Shown piece after piece: positions 18,923 through 29,023 of a stretch of DNA of 64,000 nt (positions are counted from its first letter, which is position 1; the number at the start of each line of letters is the position of its first letter). The translations under genes were made by a program, and so were the position numbers. The notes beneath the pieces were generated by a model that ran no database searches, was not told the origin of the DNA, and worked only from the letters and a program-made list of their open reading frames with translations. Origin of the DNA: Blastocatellia bacterium (GTDB lineage Bacteria; Acidobacteriota; Blastocatellia; Pyrinomonadales; Pyrinomonadaceae); contig CAWEIN010000024.1 of the NCBI GenBank assembly GCA_963809065.1, forward strand, positions 20,734-84,733, written 5' to 3'.

Positions 18923-20377
18923 TTATTCGGAAGGCGGATTGACGATCACCGGAGTTGTAATAATATCTATCTTTTCGAGTTGAAGCTCCGTGTCCGCTTT
19001 CTCAAATTGCCCGTCAAATGCCGCCGGCACTAGTTGTACTGAGATCGGCGTTCCATCTTTGAGCTCCCCAGAGCGCTTCAGTCGTTGCAATGTATCGGTA
19101 ACGTTCACCAGGAATTGTGGCTGGTGTTTGTGTCCGGTATTGTCGCTTGGTTCGGTCGTTCCAAAGAAACCGAAGCTGCCGGCATAATGAGGATCACTGG
19201 TTGGTGTGTTGCTATCCGCCTTCGGCAAATTGACGAATACGCGGACGGCAAAATCACTGCTAGCCGGTAACTGCGCGAAATCAATAGTCACAAACACTTT
19301 TTCTTTGGACGCATCAGCATTAATGATACTGGTGAAGTCGGCGCTGGAGAGCTTAGTTTCACGCGACATGGGTCTGGCAATGCTAACGGCCGCCTTGTCG
19401 GCAAGACGAACTCTTTGCTTCACCTCGAACCTGATATTCGCGCCTTCTTTGAGTCGCTTCTCAAGCTTCTTAAAATCCTTAATAGCCACCACCGCGGGGT
19501 TGCTGCCAATTGCGCTACTTTCATATTGATAGCTAACCAAGGGCAGAATTGTGGTTAATCCCGCAGCCATGCTGGCAGGATTTCCATCCTGGTCGACGAA
19601 ATGACTGTTCACGTGATTAACCCAGGCGGGATCATTTGTGTTGTTATTTCCCAGATCGATATTCCACTTGGCCCAGCAGTAGTCGATCATACAGTGATGC
19701 GTCCAAAAAACAGGATCCAGCGCTGATCCGCCGGTGCCCATGGTACCTCCAACATTGCTGTGAACAAGGTTATGTGGTGTGCCTTCGAGCTGCTGCCGGA
19801 AAGTGAAGAAATTTGTATCGGCCATGATGGGATCCAGCTCTGCGGTACTTACGAACGAGGCGCCGGTCATGTCCGTATCGCTTCTTGCCAGAAAGAGCAC
19901 GCTGCTGGGATCCAGAAAGGCCGGATTAATGGCTCCATTTTGGTTCCAATTCCAATACGGTAGGCCAAACTTTGGCTTGCCCGTCAACTTTTGGCAGATT
20001 CTTTCAAAGAACAGCAAATATGCCCGGTGCCAATCAAAGAAGTGATCAGTACCATGTTCACAAAAGTTAAAGCAGCAGCCCGTTCCGTGTATTGCTGCCT
20101 GTGCGGTCCAACTTATCGGATTGTTTCCAGCCAAATCCTTCATTGCCTTCACAGCGTCACGATAGATGGCAATGTCAGCATCCACTTCTGGCGAACCGGT
20201 TCTTAGCCGCCGCCGGATGGGTCGGTTCTTAATATCCTCGATAATTTTTTCGCAGCCTCCGAAAGTGCCCATCAGCAGGCCGATACTGATAAACCCAAGG
20301 CCCTGGACAAAGACTCGTCGGCTGAAACCATTTGAGGAGGTTAGCTCGTCGGTAAAACTTTTGGTGGGGTTTTCCAT
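18923..20377 (-). CDS. Tat-exported tyrosinase / plant-type polyphenol oxidase with a C-terminal shielding domain
   Basis: Twin-arginine signal SRRVFVQGLG. CuA site IHGTGCCFNFCEHGTDHFFDWHRAY, CuB site HNLVHSNVGG...DPVFWTHHCMIDYCW. DWL/KFDV-like C-terminal region (FVDQDGNP, VFVTIDF, YAGSFGFFG). Confidence 0.85.
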   Translation of the reverse strand: MENPTKSFTDELTSSNGFSRRVFVQGLGFISIGLLMGTFGGCEKIIEDIKNRPIRRRLRTGSPEVDADIAIYRDAVKAMKDLAGNNPISWTAQAAIHGTGCCFNFCEHGTDHFFDWHRAYLLFFERICQKLTGKPKFGLPYWNWNQNGAINPAFLDPSSVLFLARSDTDMTGASFVSTAELDPIMADTNFFTFRQQLEGTPHNLVHSNVGGTMGTGGSALDPVFWTHHCMIDYCWAKWNIDLGNNNTNDPAWVNHVNSHFVDQDGNPASMAAGLTTILPLVSYQYESSAIGSNPAVVAIKDFKKLEKRLKEGANIRFEVKQRVRLADKAAVSIARPMSRETKLSSADFTSIINADASKEKVFVTIDFAQLPASSDFAVRVFVNLPKADSNTPTSDPHYAGSFGFFGTTEPSDNTGHKHQPQFLVNVTDTLQRLKRSGELKDGTPISVQLVPAAFDGQFEKADTELQLEKIDIITTPVIVNPPSE

Positions 20378-20645
20378 GATGTTCTCTTTGGTGGCCCAAA
20401 GTCCTTTCGTTATTCACGCCGGGCGGCGCTCAATTTGTGTTGAGAATATGAGGCTCGATCAAGCGAGTCGGCGAGGGAACAACGGCTCGTGAGAATCAGC
20501 CCTCGTGGTTCGGCTGGACGATATTCCCGTAGCAGGCAAAAGTCAACAGTTTTGCCAGGCGTAAAGCCTCAAGTTGGCGCGCCTGCACTCGGAGCTGCGA
20601 AACGGCTTGAATGAGTAGCGAATTTCTCTTGTGAGCTTGTAGGGT

Positions 20646-22028
20646 CTATTCGCCACGGTAGAGATTATCAAACCGCATGCTGGAGGGAGTAAAGCGGAGT
20701 CTAACTGTGTCTGTGGGACCGTTGCGCTGCTTGGCTACGATCAGCTCAGCAACATTCTTTTCGTCGTCAGGCATGCTGTCGCGCTCTTCGGGGGTCTTGT
20801 AGATCTCGGGTCGGTAGATGAACGCTACCACGTCCGCATCCTGTTCCAGCGCGCCTGACTCACGCAGGTCTGCGAGCTGCGGCCGGTGATCAGAGCGCGA
20901 CTCCGGCGCGCGCGATAACTGCGACAGCGCGACCAGCGGCACGTTCAACTCCTTGGCGAGCCCTTTGAGTTCTCGCGAAATTTGTGACACCTCCTGCTGC
21001 CGCGACTCGAAACGCTTTGCCGAGCCACTCATCAACTGCAGGTAGTCAACCACGATCAGATCGAGACGTTTTTGTTCCGCCGCCAGCCGGCGGGCCTTCG
21101 CGCGCATTTCCAGAACTGTTATGCCGGCGCTGTCATCCAGAAATATTCTCGTGTCCGACAGTGTGTTCAGCGCTTTACCAATCTGCGTCCACTCAGCCCG
21201 AGACAGAAAACCGTTGCGAAAACGCTGGGCGTCGATGTTGGCCTGCGAACAAAGCATGCGCATGACCAGTGCTTCCTTGGACATCTCAAGCGAAAACATG
21301 CCGACGACGGCGCCGGGAACATGGATAGCTGCGTTCTCCGCCAACATCAACGCGAAACTCGTTTTACCCATCGAGGGTCGCGCGGCAACAATAATCAAGT
21401 CCTGACGTTGCAGACCGGAAGTCAGCGTATCGAGATCGGCAAACCCGGTTGTCAGGCCAGTTAAGACCGATGATCGACCTTCCATCTCCTGGATTTTTTC
21501 CAGGAGTTCCTGTGCGACCGGCTTAACGTGAACAAAGCCCTGGCGCAGACGTTCGTCAGCCAATTCAAAGATGGCGTGTTCGGCGTGGTCGAGAATCAGT
21601 TCTGGTTCGTCTTCCTGTTCGAGAGCCTCCTGGGTGATTTTATTCGCAGCCCTAATTAGCTGACGCAGCATCGACTTTCCGCGAACGACCTTCGCGTAGT
21701 GTGCGATGTTGGTCGAGTGTGGCAGCCCATAGGTGAGATTGGTGATGAAGCTGATTCCGCCGACAGACTCGAGTGCATTGTCCTTCTTAAGTTCCTCTCC
21801 GATCAGGATTGGATTGATCTCGGCTCCACGTTCGAAAAGTGCCGTCATCGCCAGAAAAATTCGCCGGTGTGAAGGCACATAGAAATCCTCGGGACGTAAT
21901 AGCTCGATCGCCTGACTGATCAGGCCGTTGTCTAGAATTATGCCGCCAAGTATGGCGCGCTCGGCTTCGGCGCTGTTTGGCAGAGAACGCTCAAGCGATT
22001 GCTCGCGAATGGGGTCAGGACTTGCCAT
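20646..22028 (-). CDS. dnaB: Replicative DNA helicase DnaB
   Basis: Walker A ARPSMGKTSFAL; DYLQLM; LSQLSR. Confidence 0.95.
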   Translation of the reverse strand: MASPDPIREQSLERSLPNSAEAERAILGGIILDNGLISQAIELLRPEDFYVPSHRRIFLAMTALFERGAEINPILIGEELKKDNALESVGGISFITNLTYGLPHSTNIAHYAKVVRGKSMLRQLIRAANKITQEALEQEDEPELILDHAEHAIFELADERLRQGFVHVKPVAQELLEKIQEMEGRSSVLTGLTTGFADLDTLTSGLQRQDLIIVAARPSMGKTSFALMLAENAAIHVPGAVVGMFSLEMSKEALVMRMLCSQANIDAQRFRNGFLSRAEWTQIGKALNTLSDTRIFLDDSAGITVLEMRAKARRLAAEQKRLDLIVVDYLQLMSGSAKRFESRQQEVSQISRELKGLAKELNVPLVALSQLSRAPESRSDHRPQLADLRESGALEQDADVVAFIYRPEIYKTPEERDSMPDDEKNVAELIVAKQRNGPTDTVRLRFTPSSMRFDNLYRGE

Positions 22029-22205
22029 TTAAGAATTTGTCCACGAAGCGTTAAAGGGCGAAATGCAACAGACTGAGGCAAGATCCAGTAACTAGTTCAG
22101 TCCCGGGGGCGTTGCCCCAGGCTTTTACATTTCGATGCCGTTGGCGCTCCGTTTTGATAGTCAACCCTGAACTCGAAGTGGTTGTAATCAGATGTGTCGC
22201 ACAAG

Positions 22206-22242
22206 AAAATGACGCTGCAAGTAGAACCAAACCTGCAGCGTC
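22206..22242 (-). terminator. Possible intrinsic terminator/attenuator between rplI and dnaB
   Basis: On the minus strand a 9-bp stem (gacgctgca..tgcagcgtc) is followed by attttctt. Confidence 0.35.
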
Positions 22243-22287
22243 GAACTATAATCCGAGGACGCTAAAAAAGCGACGTGCGCAGCTGTT

Positions 22288-22839
22288 TTATTCCTCCGCA
22301 CCCTCGCCAGTTTCTTCCTGCGCCGGGCTTGCTTGTTTGGCGAGCTCTGCTTCCTGCTCGGGAGTCATGTGGCCGACGATGACTTCGCCTTCCGGAACGA
22401 CCTTAACCTGAAGATCTATCGACACTTCACGATGCAGTCGCAGCGGGACGGTGAACTCGCCCAGGCGCTTGATCGGTTCTCGCAAGTGCAGGCGATGCCG
22501 ATCGATCTCGTAGCCGCGTTCCTTGAGTGATTCGGCAATATCCATTGACGTCACCGACCCATAGAGAGCGCCCTGCTCGCCGGATTTGCGTTTGAACTCC
22601 AGCACCAGCTTGCTGATTTGCTCTGCTTGTCCCTCAGCGGTGATTCGTTCGCTTGCTTCCTTCTTGAGTAGCGCCGCGCGCTCGCCCTCGATCTGTTTGA
22701 CGTTACTGCTGGTAGCTTCCACCGCCAGCTTGCGCGGCAATAAATAATTGCGCGCGTATCCGGCTCTAACGCGGACTATCTCACCGCGTGCGCCGAGATC
22801 ATCAACATCTTCGCGTAAAAGTATTTTGGTGTGCGCCAT
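22288..22839 (-). CDS. rplI: 50S ribosomal protein L9 with an extended acidic C-terminus
   Basis: ILLREDVDDLGARGEIVRVRAGYARNYLLPRKLA. Confidence 0.93.
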   Translation of the reverse strand: MAHTKILLREDVDDLGARGEIVRVRAGYARNYLLPRKLAVEATSSNVKQIEGERAALLKKEASERITAEGQAEQISKLVLEFKRKSGEQGALYGSVTSMDIAESLKERGYEIDRHRLHLREPIKRLGEFTVPLRLHREVSIDLQVKVVPEGEVIVGHMTPEQEAELAKQASPAQEETGEGAEE

Positions 22840-22877
22840 GTTGGCTGCTCCTTCCTTAGTCCGATCCCAGTTGCGGC

Positions 22878-23180
22878 CTAGTCAGTCGTATACGGCAGCA
22901 GCGCGATATTGCGCGCGCGCTTGATTGCCTCGGCCAGCATGCGCTGATGAATGGCGCAGTTGCCCGATATACGCCGGGGCAGAATCTTGCCGCGTTCCGG
23001 AATGAAGTTTCCCAGGAACCTGGCGTCTTTAAAATCAATGATGTCTACCTTTTCAATGCAGAAACGGCAGATGCGGCGGCGGCGCATGCGGCGTCCGCCA
23101 CGACCTTGAGAGGGCCGGCCCCGGTCAAAATCATCATCGCCGTTGTAACGCCGCCCTCGGTCTTCGTAGTTTGTCGACAT
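22878..23180 (-). CDS. rpsR: 30S ribosomal protein S18
   Basis: CRFC...IDFKD...[39 protein letters not shown]. Confidence 0.95.
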   Translation of the reverse strand: MSTNYEDRGRRYNGDDDFDRGRPSQGRGGRRMRRRRICRFCIEKVDIIDFKDARFLGNFIPERGKILPRRISGNCAIHQRMLAEAIKRARNIALLPYTTD

Positions 23181-23291
23181 AGCTACCTCTTAAAGTCAAT
23201 CGTGAATAATAAATGGTGAATAGAAAAGTGAACGGTTGCACTCACCATCAATAAACCCAGCGACGGCTGGACTCAGCCGCCATTGATTACG

Positions 23292-23729
23292 TTACGCGGC
23301 GTCTTCTTCTGCTTCAGCCACATCGGGGCGAGCAAACTCCGTCGCGCCGCCGCGCCGCTGTTCGTCCTTGTTGCCAGGCCGCTTTTCGGCTTTCTTCGCT
23401 CGCTTCGCTCTAAACTTCTCCGCGCGGCGGCGATCCTCATCCACACGCACCGTGATGTAGCGGATGATCCGGTCGTTGACGCGCATGCGACGCTCGAGCT
23501 CGGCAATCTCCCGGCCGGACCCTTCGATTTCCAACAGCCAGAAGCTGCCTTCAGTTTTATGAAGAATCTCATAAGCCAATTGGCGTCTGCCCATGCTTTC
23601 GGACTTGGTTATCACGCCGCCCTGGTCAGTCACAATTTGCTTGAAACTATCGGTCAGTCGCGTAACTTCATCTTCATCCGCGGTGGGATCAACAATGAAC
23701 ACCACTTCATATTGTCTTTGCGTTTCCAA
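23292..23729 (-). CDS. rpsF: 30S ribosomal protein S6 with a basic/acidic tail
   Basis: YEVVFIVDP...GRRQLAYEI. Confidence 0.92.
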   Translation of the reverse strand: METQRQYEVVFIVDPTADEDEVTRLTDSFKQIVTDQGGVITKSESMGRRQLAYEILHKTEGSFWLLEIEGSGREIAELERRMRVNDRIIRYITVRVDEDRRRAEKFRAKRAKKAEKRPGNKDEQRRGGATEFARPDVAEAEEDAA

Positions 23730-23814
23730 AATCTTTCTCCTTTAGAACATTGATGAGTTATGAGTGCTGAGTCATGAGTGAAGTCGTCCGGTTTTACTCA
23801 TCAATCATAAATCA

Positions 23815-24393
23815 TCACTCATTACTGTTATGCAATGTCATCGCTTGCAGAACTCCATCTCGCAGGATGGACCGAATTGCTTTCTCACTTCTTCCCAAAA
23901 CTTCTTCAACTGCGGGTCTCATGGCTCCGGAAAACGAATCAAGTACAAATTTCTTTGAATCCGCGATCGGATGCTCAGGTTGAATACCGATTCGCAGCCT
24001 CGTGAACTCGTCAGTGCCGAGCGCTGCGATAATCGACTTCAGACCATTGTGACCCCCCGCCGAACCCCTCGCTCGAATGCGAATCTTTCCAAACGGCAAC
24101 GCCAGATCGTCGGAGATGACAATCAACGTGTCACCCGGTGCCGCCGCCGCCAGTTTGTGCCTGGCAAACAGGCAAGCCACAGCTTCTCCGCTGAGATTCA
24201 TGTAGGTCTGCGGCTTCACCAACTTGACGCTGCGGCCTTCAATACTGCCGCGCGCGACCAGCGACTGACACTCACGGCGATATTTATCAATCCCGGCGTC
24301 CGAGCTTAGCTTGTCAATCAACATGAACCCGAGATTGTGGCGCGACCACTCATACTCTTTGCCCGGATTCCCCAGACCAACGATCAAAACCAT
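23815..24393 (-). CDS. pth: Peptidyl-tRNA hydrolase
   Basis: MVLIVGLGNPGKEYEWSRHNLGF...GGHNGLKS. The longer ORF to 24450 reads into a repeat. Confidence 0.93.
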   Translation of the reverse strand: MVLIVGLGNPGKEYEWSRHNLGFMLIDKLSSDAGIDKYRRECQSLVARGSIEGRSVKLVKPQTYMNLSGEAVACLFARHKLAAAAPGDTLIVISDDLALPFGKIRIRARGSAGGHNGLKSIIAALGTDEFTRLRIGIQPEHPIADSKKFVLDSFSGAMRPAVEEVLGRSEKAIRSILRDGVLQAMTLHNSNE

Positions 24394-24483
24394 TGCCGAC
24401 TGCCAATTTCCGATTGCCAATTGATCACAGCAGCAGCGTTGCATTTGCAATCGGCAATCGGCAATCGCAAATCGGCAATCGGG
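24394..24483. repeat. Word-type palindrome (ccgattgccaattg / caatcggcaatcgg)
   Basis: Seen directly in the ctc-pth spacer. Confidence 0.75.
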
Positions 24484-25176
24484 CTATTCCTTCTTGCCCT
24501 TTTCGCCCTTTTCGCCTTCGCCACCTTCTTCGTCTTCCTTCTTGCCCTTACCGATTACTTCCGGCTCCGCGGGTCCTTCAGCCTCAACAACCGGCGCAGC
24601 GACTTCTTCCTTCACTATGCCCACGGTTGCAATCACCGAATCCTGCGCGGTAAGTATCTCGATACGCTCGTCAACAGGAATGTCTGAAACGTGGATCACA
24701 TCATGAACACCAAGATTCGAAACGTCGATGTTGAAGGCGTCGGGAATCTCACGCGGCTCGCAACGAATTTCAATCTCACGAATGATCTGTTCGAGCACGC
24801 CCTGCTCTTCACGCACACCGACGGGTTCGCCAACAAGGTGTAGGGGAACAGTAACCTCGATTTTTTGTCCCTTTACCAGGCGAGTCAGATCAGCATGTAT
24901 TAAGCGCCCCCGAATCGGATCTACCTGCCGGTCATTAAACATGACTTCACTGGCACCGAGCCCTTCGATGTCGAGCGTGAAAATGGTGTTACGTCCGGAT
25001 TCCGATCGCAAGATTGCCGCCAGTTCTCGAAGCGGCACCAGAGCGGCCACACTGCCGCCTTCGCCACCGTATACTGAAACTGGAACCATTCCTTCGCGGC
25101 GGGCCCGTCGCGCATCATTCTTGCCGCGACCTTCACGTTTGGTTGCCCGAACTGTAATGTCCTTCTGTTCTGCCAT
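24484..25176 (-). CDS. rplY: 50S ribosomal protein L25 / general stress protein Ctc
   Basis: REGRGKNDARRARREGMVPVSVYGG... two-domain Ctc form with an acidic tail. Confidence 0.9.
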   Translation of the reverse strand: MAEQKDITVRATKREGRGKNDARRARREGMVPVSVYGGEGGSVAALVPLRELAAILRSESGRNTIFTLDIEGLGASEVMFNDRQVDPIRGRLIHADLTRLVKGQKIEVTVPLHLVGEPVGVREEQGVLEQIIREIEIRCEPREIPDAFNIDVSNLGVHDVIHVSDIPVDERIEILTAQDSVIATVGIVKEEVAAPVVEAEGPAEPEVIGKGKKEDEEGGEGEKGEKGKKE

Positions 25177-25372
25177 AACTGCTCCTCTTTAAGCCTCTCT
25201 ACAAAGGTTCAGCGACTGGTCGCTGAGGCTTCCAATCTGAGATCTAAAATTTGACTTCGGCCTGGTGACGAGATTTCTCGTCCGGGGCCAAAGCAATTTG
25301 AGATCTGAGATCTAAAATCTCAGAACCAATCGCTGATGGACTCCTATTTAAGCCATCAGTGTTTGCCCTTCG

Positions 25373-26320
25373 CTAAACGAAGAGCGAGGAAACGCTGGTT
25401 TCCTCATGGATCGACTTGATCGCTTTCGCCAGAAGCGGCGCGATACTAAGTACTTTTATCTTTTCAAACTTGCACGCGTTATCGCGTAGCGGAATCGTAT
25501 TCGTAATCATTATCTGCTCGATTTCAGAGTCACCGAGCTGCTGCACTGCGTGTCCCGACAAGACGGCGTGCGTGAAACACGCATGAATACTTGCGGCCCC
25601 AGCACTCTTAAGGGCCTTAGCCACTTTTGTCAACGAGCCGCCAGTATCGCACATGTCGTCGACAATTAGACAGCTGCGGCCTCGCACGTCGCCAACCACG
25701 TTCATCACTTCAGCAACATTTGCCTTTTCGCGCCGCTTGTCGCACAAGGCGAGTTCCGCATCCAGGCGCTTGGCATATGCGCGAGCTCTTTCAGCGCCAC
25801 CAGTATCGGGCGCAACTACAGTCAGGTTCGGCAGCGGGTTTTCCTGATAATAGCCAATCATGACCGGCGCCGAGTAAAGGTGATCGACCGGAATATCAAA
25901 GAACCCTTGAATCTGCGCGGCGTGCAGGTCGATCGTCAACAGGCGATCCGCCCCGGCCACCGTTATCAGGTTTGCCACCAGCCTCGCCGAAATTGGCACC
26001 CGCGGCCGGTCCTTTTTATCAGAGCGGCCATACCCGTAATAAGGTATTACCGCCGTGATGCGTTCGGCTGAAGATCGACGAAAGGCATCGAGCATTATCA
26101 ATAACTCCATCAGATGCTCGTCAGTGGGCGGACAAGTTGGCTGGACTATGAACACGTCGCCACCGCGCACGTTCTCATCGATCTGGAAATTAAACTCACC
26201 GTCCGAGAAGCGTTCCGTTATGGCGCGCCCCATATCGCAGCCAAGATGGCGGGCAATCTCTTCCGCCAGATTCGGATTTGCATTTCCCGAAAAAACCTTA
26301 ATGCCGCCAGTTGTGCCCAT
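25373..26320 (-). CDS. prs: Ribose-phosphate pyrophosphokinase
   Basis: DLHAAQIQGFFDIPVDHL and the PRPP loop IVDDMCDTGGSL. Start at 26320 (MGTTGGIKVFSG). Confidence 0.94.
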   Translation of the reverse strand: MGTTGGIKVFSGNANPNLAEEIARHLGCDMGRAITERFSDGEFNFQIDENVRGGDVFIVQPTCPPTDEHLMELLIMLDAFRRSSAERITAVIPYYGYGRSDKKDRPRVPISARLVANLITVAGADRLLTIDLHAAQIQGFFDIPVDHLYSAPVMIGYYQENPLPNLTVVAPDTGGAERARAYAKRLDAELALCDKRREKANVAEVMNVVGDVRGRSCLIVDDMCDTGGSLTKVAKALKSAGAASIHACFTHAVLSGHAVQQLGDSEIEQIMITNTIPLRDNACKFEKIKVLSIAPLLAKAIKSIHEETSVSSLFV

Positions 26321-26407
26321 AAGAAAAGTGATAAGTGAAGAGTGATAAGTGAAAGAGTACCGAGCAGCCTGCTCAACACTTTTCACTCATCACTTTCACT
26401 GCTGTGA

Positions 26408-26482
26408 TGGCTGGGGCGGGAGGATTCGAACCTACGAATGCCGGTTCCAAAGACCGGTGCCTTACCACTTGGCTACGCCCCA
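26408..26482 (-). tRNA. tRNA-Gln (anticodon TTG), CCA encoded
   Basis: The reverse complement tggggcgtagccaagtggtaaggcaccggtctttggaaccggcattcgtaggttcgaatcctcccgccccagcca folds as a cloverleaf with a 7-bp acceptor stem and anticodon loop ctTTGga. There is one T:C mismatch in the T stem. Confidence 0.9.
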
Positions 26483-26522
26483 ATATCAGATCCAGAGTTA
26501 AAAGAGCGTAAGAACGGAATAT

Positions 26523-27440
26523 CTACGAACCTACGGCGCGAAGGTATTCAGTCTGCGACACTGTAACACAAGGAAACATGCGCCAGCCCGCTTCAAGTTG
26601 AATTTCATTTGCGGCGCGTTGCTGATCTTCCTCGTCGGCAAAGATACCAAATACGCTCGAACCACTGCCAGCCAACGACGCGCCAAGAGCACCAGCCTGA
26701 AGTAAGGTTTTTTTAGTTCGTCTAATCTCAGGCTCAATATCAAAGATCACGGACTCAAAATCGTTCTTAAGCGAGTCTCCCAGAGTCCACGGTTGCGAAT
26801 GACCAGAATTCGCCTCGCTTTGCGAAACTGAAAGAATAGGGTTCGTATTCTTTGTTGTCAAGGCAGCGGCATCGAGCGCCTTGTAGGCTGCAGGTGTGGA
26901 AATTCCGGCGTTTGGCGTGATTACGATAAGGTACCGGCGAACAGGTTCAGCGGCACTCGCTAGCGGTGAAAGTGTCGTACCTGTTCCAGTCGCTTCAACG
27001 CATCCTCCAAGCAGGAAAAAGGGGACATCTGCGCCCAGTTTCGCAGCGATCTCCAACAGGTGATCGATCGCGGCTTTAAGTTGCCATAGTCGTTTGAGCG
27101 CCAGAAGTGTAACTGCGGCGTTTGATGACGCTCCACCTAATCCCGCCTTGATAGGGATTCTCTTTTCGAGCCGAACGCGGATTCCCCGTTCTACTTGAAA
27201 GCGCTCCCGCAGAGCGTCAGCTGCGCGGACAATAAGGTTATCGCTACCAGTTGGAATGTCGGGGTTGTCGCAGGAAAGTGTGACTGCGCGATCTTCACTT
27301 AGCTCGAAGTGAAGTTCGTCTTGAAGAGAAATTGTTTGTAAGAGGGTCTTGACGTCGTGGTATCCGTCCGGACGCCTGCCCACAATTTCTAGACTCCAAT
27401 TGATCTTGGCAAATGAAGGAAGACTTGAGAGAAGACTGAG
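26523..27440 (-). CDS. ispE: 4-diphosphocytidyl-2-C-methyl-D-erythritol kinase
   Basis: PIKAGLGGASSNAA. The conserved N-terminus (PSFAKINWSLEIVGRRPDGYH) extends upstream of the GTG at 27383 as far as an in-frame stop at 27441-27443. No ATG/GTG/TTG lies in that stretch, so the start is uncertain. Confidence 0.85.
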   Translation of the reverse strand, partial: LSLLSSLPSFAKINWSLEIVGRRPDGYHDVKTLLQTISLQDELHFELSEDRAVTLSCDNPDIPTGSDNLIVRAADALRERFQVERGIRVRLEKRIPIKAGLGGASSNAAVTLLALKRLWQLKAAIDHLLEIAAKLGADVPFFLLGGCVEATGTGTTLSPLASAAEPVRRYLIVITPNAGISTPAAYKALDAAALTTKNTNPILSVSQSEANSGHSQPWTLGDSLKNDFESVIFDIEPEIRRTKKTLLQAGALGASLAGSGSSVFGIFADEEDQQRAANEIQLEAGWRMFPCVTVSQTEYLRAVGS

Positions 27441-27503
27441 TCACTTTTGGGGCAGCAGACTTTCCAATTTCCTGGTCGCCGCCGTCAATGGACGTGCGGG
27501 CGA

Positions 27504-28224
27504 CTAGCGAGCTATGAAAACCTGGGTCAAGTATGTACTGCCATCAGCGGCAACGTAGCTGCCAATAGCCGATGCCTGAAAACCCGGGTAAAGCATATTG
27601 GCGCGATGCCCGGAAGACGTTAGCCATCTTTCAACCGCAAAGCCACCAGGATCTTCATAGCCTTTATTATACGCGATGTTTTCGCCGATAACTCGGAAGT
27701 GAAGAATTCCACTCGCGCGTGCTCGTTCTTTTAGTTGTAGCCCGTCCGGAGTTTCGTGAGAAAAGTACCCGAGGCTCGCCATTTGTTCTGAGTGTTTTCT
27801 GGCCAGGCGGCACAGTTCGGGATCCCAGACCAGCGTCGGCAGTCCATTTTTAGCGCGCGCCACATTAGTCTGCTCGAAAGCGCGACGTTCGACGGCATTC
27901 GCATCTTCAAGGGCAGGTGAACTTGAAGGCACCGATTTCGATGCGGCGACCGAATCTTCAAAGACGCTGTCGCGGCCGCGAGTTCCGGGCCTCGGCCATC
28001 GGTCCAGAAATGAGACGAGCAACCGGTCCCGGCTGCGTGTTCTGCGCTAATGCACTTTGAAAGAGGCCCAGGGACGCCAGCAACAATGTGGCGGCAACGA
28101 GCGTGCGAGTCGTTAACTTGGAAGTGAGCGTATATGCCGCTGGGCTGGTCAAGATTGCAAATGTCATGACATTGGTCCCGCCCGAGCGCGCTCGTAATAG
28201 CAAGCGGCTTAGCGAAAGGCCCAT
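27504..28224 (-). pseudogene. Secreted CAP/SCP/PR-1-like domain protein; the signal-peptide part and the CAP domain are in different frames
   Basis: The CAP domain lies at 27504-28022 (GYFSHETPDG...GENIAYN...GHRANM). A signal-like N-terminus lies at 27958-28224 (VAATLLLASLGLFQSALAQ) in another frame. One indel is inferred near 27960-28020. Confidence 0.65.
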
Positions 28225-28358
28225 GAGGTAGGCTGTTTTAGCAATGAAACCTGGCCGGGGCCGGCAGGTCAGAACGTCCCAACCACACTAGCAAACGGAT
28301 AAACGAAGATCAACACTTTTCGGCCTCAGTGGTCAGCGGTTAGGGCTAACTGTAAGGC

Positions 28359-28928
28359 CTAGCTTTCGCTTTCCAGGAGATTTGTGCTGTTTTCGGTAGC
28401 GGTATATCGCTGAACGGCTTGTTCCCAGGAGGGGCGGAGAGGGTAACCATAAAACAAGAGAATGGCGGCTGCGACCACGCCTGCGGTGAATGTGTACCAA
28501 ACTTGTCCGCTCATGAGCGTGCAGACGAAACCTATTAACGCGACCGCAATCCCGATGACCGCCATAAGCAGCGCCGTCTTTTGTAGCGTGGCTAAGAGCC
28601 CGGACGGACCACGAAGCGCTGCAATATCCTGCAAGCGCATCTTTGCGAGTCGCGTGCGTCGCAGGGCTATGGCGCCGAGTCCAAGGATGGGGATGATGAT
28701 CCTAAAGGTCATGTCGAGGGAAGAACTATTGCGCGGCGTCAGAAACTTTTGACTCACGTAAGAGAGAATACTCAAGAGAATGACCGCAACTAAAAGCGAC
28801 AACACTGTGGTCGCCGTTGACTTGTGACGGCGCAGCAGTTCAGCCTGTACATCTGACGATAAGGCGCTGGAGTTTGCCATATTGTGGGTTCCTGGCTTTA
28901 TCATCCGCCAACCCGCGATACTGATCAA
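28359..28928 (-). CDS. Hypothetical membrane protein (4 predicted TM helices)
   Basis: 189-aa ORF with hydrophobic segments. No recognisable family. Confidence 0.45.
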   Translation of the reverse strand: MISIAGWRMIKPGTHNMANSSALSSDVQAELLRRHKSTATTVLSLLVAVILLSILSYVSQKFLTPRNSSSLDMTFRIIIPILGLGAIALRRTRLAKMRLQDIAALRGPSGLLATLQKTALLMAVIGIAVALIGFVCTLMSGQVWYTFTAGVVAAAILLFYGYPLRPSWEQAVQRYTATENSTNLLESES

Positions 28929-29023
28929 GACAAAAGATCAGACATCAAAAATCGAAAGGGGCTCGTCATGAAACTATGACGAGCCCCAGACAAGGCAATG
29001 CTAAAACCGACTATCGCCCAATA

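Noticed and set aside
23180-23292. Absence of ssb between rpsF and rpsR as an anomaly
   Set aside because: The rpsF-rpsR-rplI order without ssb occurs in many lineages. The 112-nt spacer shows no gene remnant.
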